Shown here in pieces: positions 12,006-21,588 of a stretch of 64,000 nt of DNA. Source of the DNA: Dehalococcoidia bacterium (GTDB taxonomy: Bacteria > Chloroflexota > Dehalococcoidia > Bin125); contig JAJDXE010000011.1 of assembly GCA_022825265.1 (NCBI GenBank), positions 90,204 to 154,203 on the forward strand, given 5' to 3'. The position numbers and the translations under genes were made by a program. Numbering within the stretch: the first letter of the stretch is position 1; each line of letters opens with the position of its first letter. Under the pieces are notes generated by a model. That model made no database searches, was not told the DNA's origin, and was given only the letters and a program-made list of their open reading frames with translations.

Positions 12006-14608
12006 GTGCGACGGCTTCTGGTCCCGGCTCTTGGCTGCCTGATCGCAGTTTGCTGTGCGGTCGGACTGAGCTCCCTGGCCGCGGATGACAGCGAGCCGTC
12101 GCTGCCTGAGTCTGTCACGACCACGCTTCAGCCCGGCGCCAACCGGATTGGCTGGGTGGCCGAGCGGATGTCCTCGGAGGACCTGTTCGCGCAGCTTCCC
12201 CGGGTCGATTTGGTCTACTCCTGGGACGCGAACTCTGGACGCTACGAGGTCGCGGCGCCGCGTTTGCCATCGCGCTATTGGACGCTGCGGTTCCTCGAGC
12301 CCGGACGAGCGTACGTCCTACGGGTCGGCGGACCTGGCGAGGTCGTTTGGCGGCGATCAGTGCTTCCCGACGTCGGCCTGGTTCAGCTGCGCAGCGGCGT
12401 CAATTGGTCGGCGTGGGCCGGTCCGGACGATTCAGCCATTGCCGACGTCGCGAGAGGCATCGGTAGCTCGCTGCGTTCGATCCGCTCCGGCGATCTGTTC
12501 TATGACCCCTCCGCGCCTGAGACCAAGGACGGTTGGCCGGCTGTTCAACGCGGCGACGCGCTTCAAGTCGACGTCAGCCGCGATGTCAATTGGCTCCAGC
12601 CGACCTTCGTCACGCCCGAGATTCACTACGCCGGCAACGTCGATCACGGCGTGCGCCGGCTGATTGAGCGAGATCTGGCCGCGACGCTCGACTACAGCGC
12701 CAGCGAACTCGGAGTGCAGGCCGACCCGTTCTCACTCGTGGTTGTTGTCGCGGCCGACGCGAAGTCCGCGCATAACAAGACGACGGAACTGGGTCGTGCG
12801 TGGGATTGGGAGGCGTTCAGGAACTTCTGGCAACGGGCTGGTGGCTGGTACAGCAGCGATCAGGATGCGTTCTACCTGAAGAGCAGCTCGTGGGAGGGAC
12901 CTCGCTGGGGCCGTTACCACGAGGGTCGATATGTGGTGCTGCACGAGTACACTCATGCGTTGCAGTTCCAGCTCATGGGCGCCAACTACATCGATTTGAG
13001 CTGGCTGCTTGAAGGCTCCGCCAACTGGTTCGACAGCGATCTCTCAACCCAGGATCGCAACGGCTATCCGCTCAGCAGGAAGCTGATCGACGCACTCAAC
13101 CAGGCCTCGCAAGGTCCGCCGCTTGAAGAGATTGAGTCGAACAACGAGACTTGGCAGTATTCGTTCGGACTGGTGGCCGCCGACATGCTGGTCGAGCGCG
13201 CGGGCAAGAGCGCCGCGCTCGACTTCTATCGCGTACTGGTGCCCGGCAGAGCCGGGCCCGGGGGGCGCTGGGAAACCAGGCCCACGTTGCGCAGCGCGTT
13301 TGCGGCCGCCTTCAGACTAACCCTGGACCAGTTCTACGACGAGTTCGATGCGCTCATGACCAGGCGCCGGGGTAGCGCCAAACGCCGGCCCGCAGCGAAC
13401 CAGTTCGCCCTTGCGGGCACAATCGTCAACTCCGACGGTACGCCGCGCGTCGGCGCCGTGCTCGAGGCCCGGGAGTACCGGGATGGCCATCCGGCCGGCT
13501 GGGATCGTCGAGCGACCTCGAACGAAGACGGGACGTTCGAAGTCTTCGTCCGCAGGCGGGCCGACTACCGCATCTGGATCGAGCTGGGCGACGACGACCG
13601 GCACTGTCAGTTCTGGTGGTCGGAAGACAGCGATGAGGAATGGCCTGCCGATGATGAGGCCAGCCTGATTGAAATCGGCAGCAGACAACCGGATTCGATC
13701 AGAATCACAGTCAACGCCGATCAATGCCGCTGGCGCATCGCCGGTTCGCTGACCGGACCGGACAATCAGCCCCTGGCGGGCATTGAAGTCCAGGCGCAAG
13801 GGGAAGGCAGCTCGACCTCGGTCAGAACCGAACTCGACGGCTCGTTCGCATTCCTTGCGACCGAGCCTGGCCTCTACCAACTCTCCGCTGACCTGGGCGG
13901 ATGCCGACTCTATTGGAGCGCCGATGATCCAGCCTGGACCGAGGAACAGGCGGGGACGATCAACGTGGTCAACCGGGATGTCACTGACATCCAATTTCGA
14001 GCCGAAAAGGATCCGTGCATCAGGATCGCCGGATGGCTATTCAACTCAAATGGCGACGGTATCAAGAATGTCCAGATCAACGCTGTGGCGAACGACCTCA
14101 GCGCCAACGCTCACACCGATTCAACGGGCAGGTTCAGCGTCGCGCTGACCGAGGCGGGAGAATATCACCTTCCTGGCTGGGCGGGTGCCTGTTGTACCAC
14201 GGGCATGACGGAGCGACAGGAATCTGGCGCGAACGGAAGACGATTGACGTGACGCAGCACGATGTCTCCGGCCTCGTCTTCCAACTCCAGCCCGACCTGT
14301 GCACGCTGCGAATCACGGGCACGTTCCTCAACGCCGACGGCACTCCGAGGACGGGCACCTGGGTCGGCGTATCCGGCGACTCCGGTCGAGGCGGTGATTG
14401 GCCGACTGGCGACGGGACGTTCTCCTTTGCGGTCCCGGGACCGGGGGCGTATGACATGCGGGTCACTATCGACGGATGTGAGATTTACTACTCGGGTAGT
14501 GGCAAGACCGGAGCCAAGAGCGAACGCCGCTCCCTCAACCTCACCAACGCCGACATCACCGGCATCGAGTTCCGCCTGCCCGCGGATCCCGCATCCGTCT
14601 GCAACTGA
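12006..14608 (+). pseudogene. Secreted protein with HEXXH gluzincin-like domain and four carboxypeptidase-regulatory-like beta-sandwich repeats, frameshifted near 14170
   Basis: Signal peptide; VLHEYTHALQ..WLLEGSA; four repeats starting (L/I)(A/T)G.(I/L/F)...(D/N)G; repeat 3 continues in another frame (ORF 14015-14608: SWLGGCLLYH). Confidence 0.7.
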
Positions 14609-14669
14609 CCCTGCGCTACCCTGCCTCCAAACTCAGATCAGCAAGTCACCGCTCCGGCGGCGAAAGGAC

Positions 14670-15617
14670 ATGCACGTGACCAACAGCCCACATTTCGGCG
14701 TCATGGTTCCCCAGATCAAGCGCACCTGGCAGGAGACGCAGCGCGCGGCATCGGCCTTTGAGGAGATGGGTTTCGACTCGCTCTGGGTCAACGACCACCT
14801 CTACGGCCCGCAGTCGCCCGCGATCCCCATGCTCGAGGCCTGGACCCTCGCCGCCGGCATCGCCGCCGTCACCGAGACGCCGGAAATCGGCACGCTCGTC
14901 ACGCCGGTCGGCATGCGCAACCCGGCCCACACCGGCAAGATGATCGCCACCGTCGACAACATCGCCGGCGGACGCGTGATCCCCGGCTTCGGCTCCGGCT
15001 GGATGGCGCGCGAGTTCTCCGACTTCGGCATGCCCTTCGTCTCGACGCGCGACCGCCTGCGCCAACTCGAAGAGGGCCTGCAAATCTTCAAGGGCATGTT
15101 CGACGCGGACCAGGACGAGTTCTCCTTCGAGGGCGAGTTCTTCCACACCGAGAACCTCGTCACTCAGCCCAAGCCCCCGCGCGACATGCCGATCCTGGTC
15201 GGCGGCGGCGGCGAGCAGGTGACGATGCGCATCGCGGCGCAGTACGCCGACATCTGGAACAACTCCGCCGGCGCCCAGGACGACCTCGAGCACAAGGTCT
15301 CCGTCCTTCACGGTCACGCCGAGCGCCTCGGCCGCGACCCCTCCGAAATCCGCGTCTCGCAGCAGTGCCTGGTCACCATCGTCGAGGACGACGCCAAGGT
15401 CGGCCCGATGGTCGAGCGCGCCCAGAAGATCTTCGGGGGTCACATGGGCAACCCGGCCGGCGATATGGCCCTGACCGGAACCCCCTCGATGATCAAAGAG
15501 CGCATCGAGAAGCACGTTGAGCTCGGTTGCGACATGTTCATGATCGAGTTCTTCGGTCGAGACACGATCGAACCGGCCCAGATGTTCGCGGAGACGGTCA
15601 TCCCCGAGTTCCGCTAG
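14670..15617 (+). CDS. LLM-class (luciferase-like) flavin/F420-dependent oxidoreductase
   Basis: GFDSLWVNDHL, RNPA...KMIATVDNIAGGR, PILVGGGGE; start ATG 14670 after AAAGGA. Confidence 0.93.
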   Translation: MHVTNSPHFGVMVPQIKRTWQETQRAASAFEEMGFDSLWVNDHLYGPQSPAIPMLEAWTLAAGIAAVTETPEIGTLVTPVGMRNPAHTGKMIATVDNIAGGRVIPGFGSGWMAREFSDFGMPFVSTRDRLRQLEEGLQIFKGMFDADQDEFSFEGEFFHTENLVTQPKPPRDMPILVGGGGEQVTMRIAAQYADIWNNSAGAQDDLEHKVSVLHGHAERLGRDPSEIRVSQQCLVTIVEDDAKVGPMVERAQKIFGGHMGNPAGDMALTGTPSMIKERIEKHVELGCDMFMIEFFGRDTIEPAQMFAETVIPEFR

Positions 15618-15648
15618 GCGCCATGGGTTCTCAAAGAATGGCAAGCAA

Positions 15649-17358
15649 ATGACCCCAAGTGCATTTCGCAAACAGCTCAAGCGTGACTTTGACGGCCTAA
15701 AGGCCGATCCCCAGATACCTGTTAGCGACGATGCTCGCGCCTTTGAGTGGTGGTGTGCGAGCAAGTTCATCGAGGCGGAGTCCTCCTTTCTTCCGGATCC
15801 CGATGATGCAGTTGTCGGCGGCACTAAGGACCTCGGGATCGATGTTGTCTTGTACAACGAGGCAGCCGATGAGTACCTCATTTGCCAGTGCAAGTCGCTG
15901 ACAGGTAATGCGGCTACTTCGGATCGCGACATTGAGGCCTTCTTTTCCCTCCACACTAGGTTGAGGGATCCCGAGTACGTGCTCAAGAACGGGAATGCTA
16001 AGCTCGTTGATGCCCTTCCGCCATACGAAGTGTTTCGAGATCATCCTGACAGATTCACATACCGGTTTGTCACAACGGGTAAGATCAGCACGTCTTCAAG
16101 AAACCAATGGCCTACGCGTTCACCAGAGAGCGACGATCTGCGATGTGAACTTTGGGGTATTGAAGAGCTAAAGGCGTTCTATCAGGAGGCAGCTACATTG
16201 GTCCAACCGATACCAGAATCGGTAACTCTCGTTCTTCCACGAGGACGGTACTTTCGAGTGGAAGATCCTTATCCTGGTCTGGTCGCGGTCTTGAAGACGA
16301 ACGCTATTCGCGGCGTATGGCAGCAGCACAAGCAGAAGTTGTATGCCTACAACATCCGAGGATACCTAGGAGCTAGTGGCTTGAACGGTCGAATCAAGCA
16401 GACCCTTGAAGAGCGGGCTAGTGACTTCTTCTACTTCAATAACGGCATCTCAGCTGTCTGCACTGCGTTCGACATCGAGAACGACAAACTCGAAGCGCAG
16501 AACTTTCAGATCATAAATGGAGCACAAACCCTTAATGCGATTAGGTTAGCAGGGGAGCAAAATGAAGGCCGTGTACTGCTAAAGCTAACTCAGACTACCG
16601 CCGTCGAAACTGACTCGGGCATCAATGCGGATATCATTAGATTCAACAACTCTCAGAACGCAGTAAAGGACTCCGACTTCCGGTCAAATGATAACATTCA
16701 GCAATGGCTAGAAGGAAAGATAAAGAGGTGGAACAAGGATTGGAAGGCAGTTGCGCAGTTCAAGTACCGGAGGAAGCGGGCAGTGGGAAGGGGAGGAGGC
16801 AAAGGGAAGAGCTTGAAGTTAGAAGATGCGGCCAAGATCCTGTATGCTTGGCAAGCGGATCCCCATACAGTGACAGCTAAGCCTCGGTCCCTGTTTACGG
16901 ACGGCGATGCCGGTGGCTACTACGAACAAACATTTGGCGTCGATGGTGACATTACGAACAGGTGGAGTGATGAGCAACTCGAGTGGTTTTTGTTGGCGGT
17001 AGCATGTTATGACCGAATTGAGGAGATATTGGTCCAGTTCAGGGAGGACGATGAGGACAGGTTCAATTGGGTAAAGGGGCACAGGTGGCACGTGCTGGCC
17101 TTGGCTGGCTTATTTTACAGGGGGTTGGGCGAAAGCCCGAGTAGGTGGCTCAAGAGCGAGCGGCGTTTCAGAGAAACTTTCGATGATTTCTTCCGTAAGG
17201 CGTGGCCACTCGTGGAGGCTGCGGAACGGAAGCGGGCGAAGGAGGACAGGTCGAGTTGGAGAAACTGGAGGGCCAGTCCAGATGAGTGGAGAGATTTGAA
17301 GGCGGAGTTCGAAAGTGTGAGTAAGTCAGAGTCTGTGCTCGATCGGGTGCTGTCGTGA
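15649..17358 (+). CDS. AIPR (abortive infection phage resistance) family protein
   Basis: N-terminal D.GID..QCK nuclease-like segment, NIRGYLG, FFYFNNGI, QIINGAQT, NSQN.V..SDF.S; visibly lower GC. Confidence 0.88.
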   Translation: MTPSAFRKQLKRDFDGLKADPQIPVSDDARAFEWWCASKFIEAESSFLPDPDDAVVGGTKDLGIDVVLYNEAADEYLICQCKSLTGNAATSDRDIEAFFSLHTRLRDPEYVLKNGNAKLVDALPPYEVFRDHPDRFTYRFVTTGKISTSSRNQWPTRSPESDDLRCELWGIEELKAFYQEAATLVQPIPESVTLVLPRGRYFRVEDPYPGLVAVLKTNAIRGVWQQHKQKLYAYNIRGYLGASGLNGRIKQTLEERASDFFYFNNGISAVCTAFDIENDKLEAQNFQIINGAQTLNAIRLAGEQNEGRVLLKLTQTTAVETDSGINADIIRFNNSQNAVKDSDFRSNDNIQQWLEGKIKRWNKDWKAVAQFKYRRKRAVGRGGGKGKSLKLEDAAKILYAWQADPHTVTAKPRSLFTDGDAGGYYEQTFGVDGDITNRWSDEQLEWFLLAVACYDRIEEILVQFREDDEDRFNWVKGHRWHVLALAGLFYRGLGESPSRWLKSERRFRETFDDFFRKAWPLVEAAERKRAKEDRSSWRNWRASPDEWRDLKAEFESVSKSESVLDRVLS

Positions 17359-17493
17359 GCTTGGCGGGCGTGGCGACAGATGGTTGTTGCATTGGTTCGG
17401 ACGCAGGATGTTGTCGTGGCTCTAGGATGGGTTGGTCAAGTTGCGGCACATTGACTTGACATGCGGGCACTGCACGGCCTCAGATCGGGTGTG

Positions 17494-17709
17494 ATGCCGA
17501 CGACCTATCGACTGCCCTACATCCGGCATGAGCCCTCCGAAGAGACGGAGGACATGTACATGGGCGAGGTTCCCTTGCTGCCCGGCTGCCGTGCCTGGGG
17601 CGAAACCCCTGCGCTCGCGCTTGAGTACCTGGAGAGCGTCGCCGAGGCGTTCATCAGGTCTCATCGGAAGCACGGCGAACCGCTCCCCAAGCAAATCAGC
17701 CACGCATGA
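17494..17709 (+). CDS. HicB-family antitoxin (orphan)
   Basis: YMGEVPLLPGCRAWGETPALALEYL...GEPLP matches the HicB N-terminal domain pattern. Confidence 0.8.
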   Translation: MPTTYRLPYIRHEPSEETEDMYMGEVPLLPGCRAWGETPALALEYLESVAEAFIRSHRKHGEPLPKQISHA

Positions 17710-17783
17710 TTCTGCAACTGATCCCGCGACCCGCCCCGCTCTGACATCTCCGCCACACCCCGATCATCAGTCCTCTCCCAACC

Positions 17784-17804
17784 GCACAGCCGTTCTGTTA
17801 GGAT
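17784..17804 (+). promoter_or_regulatory. LexA-like box plus extended -10
   Basis: GCAC-AGCC-GTTC (one mismatch to GAAC-N4-GTTC) followed by TGT-TAGGAT. Confidence 0.45.
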
Positions 17805-17860
17805 CGGCGGCGCCCAACACGAGCAGCCAGCCGGAGCGACCCGACATGACTTCCCAAACC

Positions 17861-17962
17861 CAATCCGGACACTCCTGGAAACCCCCGGACTCAGCCGCTC
17901 TCAGCGAGACAAACACTCCCAAAATCTGGACAGATCTGGACAAATCCGGACAGATCCGGACG
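17861..17962 (+). repeat. 10-bp-period repeat block of dispersed element 1
   Basis: AATCTGGACA/GATCTGGACA/AATCCGGACA/GATCCGGACG (17923-17962) plus degenerate units at 17861-17890. Confidence 0.8.
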
Positions 17963-18032
17963 TTTTTCCGCAGGAAACTCAATCCACAGCAGCAAAACCG
18001 TCAAAATGTCGCAGAATTCTTCCCCCGAAGAC

Positions 18033-18683
18033 TCACTCCGGCTTCGGCGTCCTCGACTGCACCACGTACATCGGGTCGCTCTGGCCTTTGGCGGGGGAGA
18101 TGTCGTGCCATTGGGGTGGGTCGAACGCGCCCGAGTAGTGGAAGTAGGCGCCGACCATCTGCACGTGGCCCTCGTCGCCCATGCCCTGCCAGAGCCAGAC
18201 GGCCTTGGTCGGGAAGCAACGGTTCGAGAACGACACGATGCAGCCTCCGCCGGGCCTCAGTACCCGTGCGATTTCCCGAAAGACCTCGATCGGCTTCGTG
18301 ATGTACTGCACCGAGACCGCGATCGTGACCACGTCGAACTCACCGTCGCCAAACGGCAGCGCCGGGTCCGCATTCAGATCGTGCACGACCCATTCGGTCA
18401 GCTGCGGATTCTCGGCCAGCTCCTCGGCGTTCATCCCCAACCCGGCAACCCGATCCGATTCGAGGTCGTCGGGATAGTGCGAGACCCATGACGACATCAG
18501 GTCGAGCAGCCGGCCCTGTTTCGGCAGGAACTTAGTGTAGTGCTCGCGCAGCGCGCCGATCGCCGCGTCGTCGATGTGCGTGACGAGCCGCGGTTCGACG
18601 TAGAAGTTGGCGTCATCCGACTCGTCGGCACGCCGAAAGTGACCCTCCTCGAACGGCGGGTCACTCGGGGTATCGTCGGGCAT
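18033..18683 (-). CDS. Class I SAM-dependent methyltransferase (type 11)
   Basis: FY..PRLVTHIDD, LLDLMSSWVSH, GLGMN..EL..N, FSNRCFPTKAV. Confidence 0.92.
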   Translation of the reverse strand: MPDDTPSDPPFEEGHFRRADESDDANFYVEPRLVTHIDDAAIGALREHYTKFLPKQGRLLDLMSSWVSHYPDDLESDRVAGLGMNAEELAENPQLTEWVVHDLNADPALPFGDGEFDVVTIAVSVQYITKPIEVFREIARVLRPGGGCIVSFSNRCFPTKAVWLWQGMGDEGHVQMVGAYFHYSGAFDPPQWHDISPAKGQSDPMYVVQSRTPKPE

Positions 18684-18689
18684 CGGCGA

Positions 18690-18887
18690 TCAGAACTTGG
18701 GCGGCTTGGGCAGGATGTAGGCGGCCGACAGTCCAAGCAAAATCGCCGCCATCGCAATCCCAATCACGATGGCCACGATCTGGCCGGTGTGTAACCCGCC
18801 ACTGCCGCCCTCACCGGCAGCCATCGCCGCGCCGCCCAACAGGACGGCGGCGATGATTGCAACGGCCAGAGTCAGGGTGCGCAACAT
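18690..18887 (-). CDS. Small membrane protein (signal peptide, Gly-rich linker, one TM helix)
   Basis: 65 aa ORF filling the gap between two co-oriented genes; two hydrophobic segments. Confidence 0.65.
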   Translation of the reverse strand: MLRTLTLAVAIIAAVLLGGAAMAAGEGGSGGLHTGQIVAIVIGIAMAAILLGLSAAYILPKPPKF

Positions 18888-18905
18888 GGCGCTTGGGTCC
18901 TTCGA

Positions 18906-19352
18906 CTACATCGGGTTCAGAATCTGAGCCGCGTGGTCGGCCAGGTGCCAGGTGGCCATGGCCATCAACGCACCTGCAGGGGCCGCTGCCATGCCTTCCC
19001 CACCGGCCGACTTGCCCAATTCCTCGTCCTGCACGTAGTTGACCTTGGAGTCGAACGCCGCAGCGATGGCGTCGAGTGCGGCCAGCGCGTCAGCCGGGTC
19101 AGAGAAGTCGGTGCTGCTCAGCGGGTTCTCCGGGCCGTCGTAGCCGCAGGCCGCGCAGATGCCGTTGGCGAACATCATCTCCGCCGGAATCACGTGCTCG
19201 GCGACCTGGCGCGGCGACCAGCCGGCCTCGCCGTCGTCCGCCGTTCCCTTCGCCGTCTCCCAGTTGCCGTGCGCCGCGGCGCCGGCGATCGCGACCTTGA
19301 GCGCCGCGCGGGCGCCGGAGATTCCGGCGCGCAGATCGTCTGCTTGTGACAT
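18906..19352 (-). CDS. DinB-like four-helix protein
   Basis: WSPRQVAEHV and WHLADHAAQI His motifs; start ATG 19352 after AAGGAG. Confidence 0.8.
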   Translation of the reverse strand: MSQADDLRAGISGARAALKVAIAGAAAHGNWETAKGTADDGEAGWSPRQVAEHVIPAEMMFANGICAACGYDGPENPLSSTDFSDPADALAALDAIAAAFDSKVNYVQDEELGKSAGGEGMAAAPAGALMAMATWHLADHAAQILNPM

Positions 19353-19475
19353 GGTCTCTACTCCTTGGTTGGGGTGGATTCGAATTGTTCTCAAGCAGCA
19401 TAGGACAGCCCCCGACTACCCTGACCCTGACTTCGCAAACCTGAACGACCAGTCATGTAACGGGAGGAACCGGCC

Positions 19476-20513
19476 ATGGCATTCGGCATCGGACTGATCG
19501 GCGCGGGCGGGAACCAGAAGCTGCGCCACATCCCCGGCTTCCGCGAGATCGACGACGTGGAGATCTTCAACGTCGTCAACCGCTCCCGTGAATCGGGCGA
19601 GCGCGTCGCCGCCGAGTGGGACATCCCCCGTGTTTCGGAATCGGTCGAGGAGTTGCTCGCCGACCCCGACGTGGACGCCGTCAGCATCGGCACCTGGCCC
19701 TACAAGCACCTCGAGTACACGCGCGCGGCGCTCGAAGCAGGCAAGCACGTGCTCTGCGAGGCGCGCATGGCGAGGAACGCGCAGGAGGCGGAGGAGATGC
19801 TCGCCGTCAGCCGCGCGCATCCCGACCTGGTCTCGCAGCTGGTGCCCGCGCCCTTCGACTTCCGCCTGGGCAAGACGATCAAGCGGCTCTGCGAGGACGG
19901 CTCGCTGGGCAGCATCATCGAGGTCCACCTGACCCTGCTCAACGGTTCGGGTCTGGACGACTCGGGACCGCTGCACTGGCGTCACCGAAGCGACTACTCC
20001 GGACATAACATGATGCAGCTCGGCATCTTTAACGAGACCATTCAGCGCTGGCTCGGAGACACGGCCCGCGTCACCGCACACACTCGCACGTTCGTGCCCT
20101 CGCGTGTGGACGAAGAGACCGGCGAACGCTACAACATCACCATCCCCGACAGCCTGGGCATCTTCGCCGACATGGCCAACGGCGCGCGCTGCACATATCG
20201 GGTCAGCGCCGTCACCGAGGGAGCGCCGCAGCCGCCGAGCATCGACATCTACGGCTCCGAGGGCCGCCTCCACTGGCGCTTCGGCGATACCGGCGAGTGG
20301 GCCCACCACGGCGAGGATTTGCAGACCATCCATCCCGATCCCGGTACCGCGCACGACTGGCAAGTCGAGGCCGACTTCATGAACTCGGTCCGCAATGGAG
20401 CCCCGGTCGAACTCACGAACTTCGCCGACGGAGTCCGCTACATGCGCTTCACCGACGCCGTCTGGGATTCGTGGAACAGCGGTCAGAGCCGGGAGATCGA
20501 GCCGCTGACCTGA
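19476..20513 (+). CDS. Gfo/Idh/MocA family oxidoreductase
   Basis: IGLIGAG, DPDVDAVSI, GKHVLCEARM. Confidence 0.92.
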   Translation: MAFGIGLIGAGGNQKLRHIPGFREIDDVEIFNVVNRSRESGERVAAEWDIPRVSESVEELLADPDVDAVSIGTWPYKHLEYTRAALEAGKHVLCEARMARNAQEAEEMLAVSRAHPDLVSQLVPAPFDFRLGKTIKRLCEDGSLGSIIEVHLTLLNGSGLDDSGPLHWRHRSDYSGHNMMQLGIFNETIQRWLGDTARVTAHTRTFVPSRVDEETGERYNITIPDSLGIFADMANGARCTYRVSAVTEGAPQPPSIDIYGSEGRLHWRFGDTGEWAHHGEDLQTIHPDPGTAHDWQVEADFMNSVRNGAPVELTNFADGVRYMRFTDAVWDSWNSGQSREIEPLT

Positions 20514-20525
20514 CCAACGTGGTCG

Positions 20526-21479
20526 CTAAAGCTCCAATAGCCAGTCTACGAGGATCCGATTCAGCTCTTTCGGCTCTTCCTGCTGGGTCCAGTGGCCGCA
20601 CTCTTCGATGTGACCTCGGGAAAGGTTGGGGATCCACTCCTCCATGCCCTCGGACATGGAGGGCAGCAGGACTCCGTCCTTGCCTGCGGTGACCATCAGC
20701 GCGGGCTGGGTGATGTCCTGGCCGTCGACGGCGGCGCCCCACTCCCAGTTGCGGCCGTGGTTGCGGTACCAGTTGAGTCCGCCGCGGAAGCCGGTCTGTT
20801 CGAACGCGCTGACAAAGGCGTCGAGGTCTTCCTCGGTCAGCATGATCGAGCGTTCGGCGTCGTCGGGCAGGCCGACCAACAGGCCGCCGCGTTCGCGCAC
20901 GCCGGAGGTCATCCCGATCACGTCGAGCCGGTCCTCGGGCTTGGAGGTCCGCAGCATCAGGGTCATGGTGCGCCTCGCGTTGCCGCCGAGTTCCGCCTCG
21001 GCGACGCCCTCGTCCTGGAAGTAGAGCTGATAGTCGAAGCGGCCCGGGTCGATCTTCATCGCCTCGAGCGGGTTGATCGGCGGTCGACGGCCGGCCGGCG
21101 TGTTGATCCCGGCGACGGCGTTGCAGCGCGTCGGATGGTGCTGGGCCATGTTCCAGACCACCGCGCCGCCCCAGTCGTGTCCGACGAAGACGGCGCTCTC
21201 GATCTCCAGCGCGTCGAGCAGCGCGACCATGTCGGCGCAGATCCGCTCCTGGGTGTAGTCCTCGATGTTGGGCGGTGCGTCAGTGTCGCCGTAGCCGCGC
21301 ATGTCGGGTGCGATGGCGCGGAAGCCCGCCTCGGCGACGGCCGGCAGTTGGTGCCGCCACGAGTACCAGAGCTCGGGGAAGCCGTGGCAGAAGACCACGG
21401 CCGGACCCTCGCCGGCCTCGGCGACGTGCATGCTGATTCCGGTGGAGAGGTCGATTTGGGAGTGAGTGATGTTGGTCAT
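20526..21479 (-). CDS. Epoxide hydrolase-like alpha/beta hydrolase
   Basis: HGFPELWYSWRHQ, GHDWG nucleophile Asp, LNWYRN, GHWTQQE. Confidence 0.92.
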   Translation of the reverse strand: MTNITHSQIDLSTGISMHVAEAGEGPAVVFCHGFPELWYSWRHQLPAVAEAGFRAIAPDMRGYGDTDAPPNIEDYTQERICADMVALLDALEIESAVFVGHDWGGAVVWNMAQHHPTRCNAVAGINTPAGRRPPINPLEAMKIDPGRFDYQLYFQDEGVAEAELGGNARRTMTLMLRTSKPEDRLDVIGMTSGVRERGGLLVGLPDDAERSIMLTEEDLDAFVSAFEQTGFRGGLNWYRNHGRNWEWGAAVDGQDITQPALMVTAGKDGVLLPSMSEGMEEWIPNLSRGHIEECGHWTQQEEPKELNRILVDWLLEL

Positions 21480-21588
21480 GGCCGTCCTCAGGTGCTGTCA
21501 AATGGGCGCAGAGACTAGGTCTGGCACTCGCCTGATCATACGTAGTGTCAGGGCCTGCGGATACCGTAAGCCCAACAGGAGAACGCCG

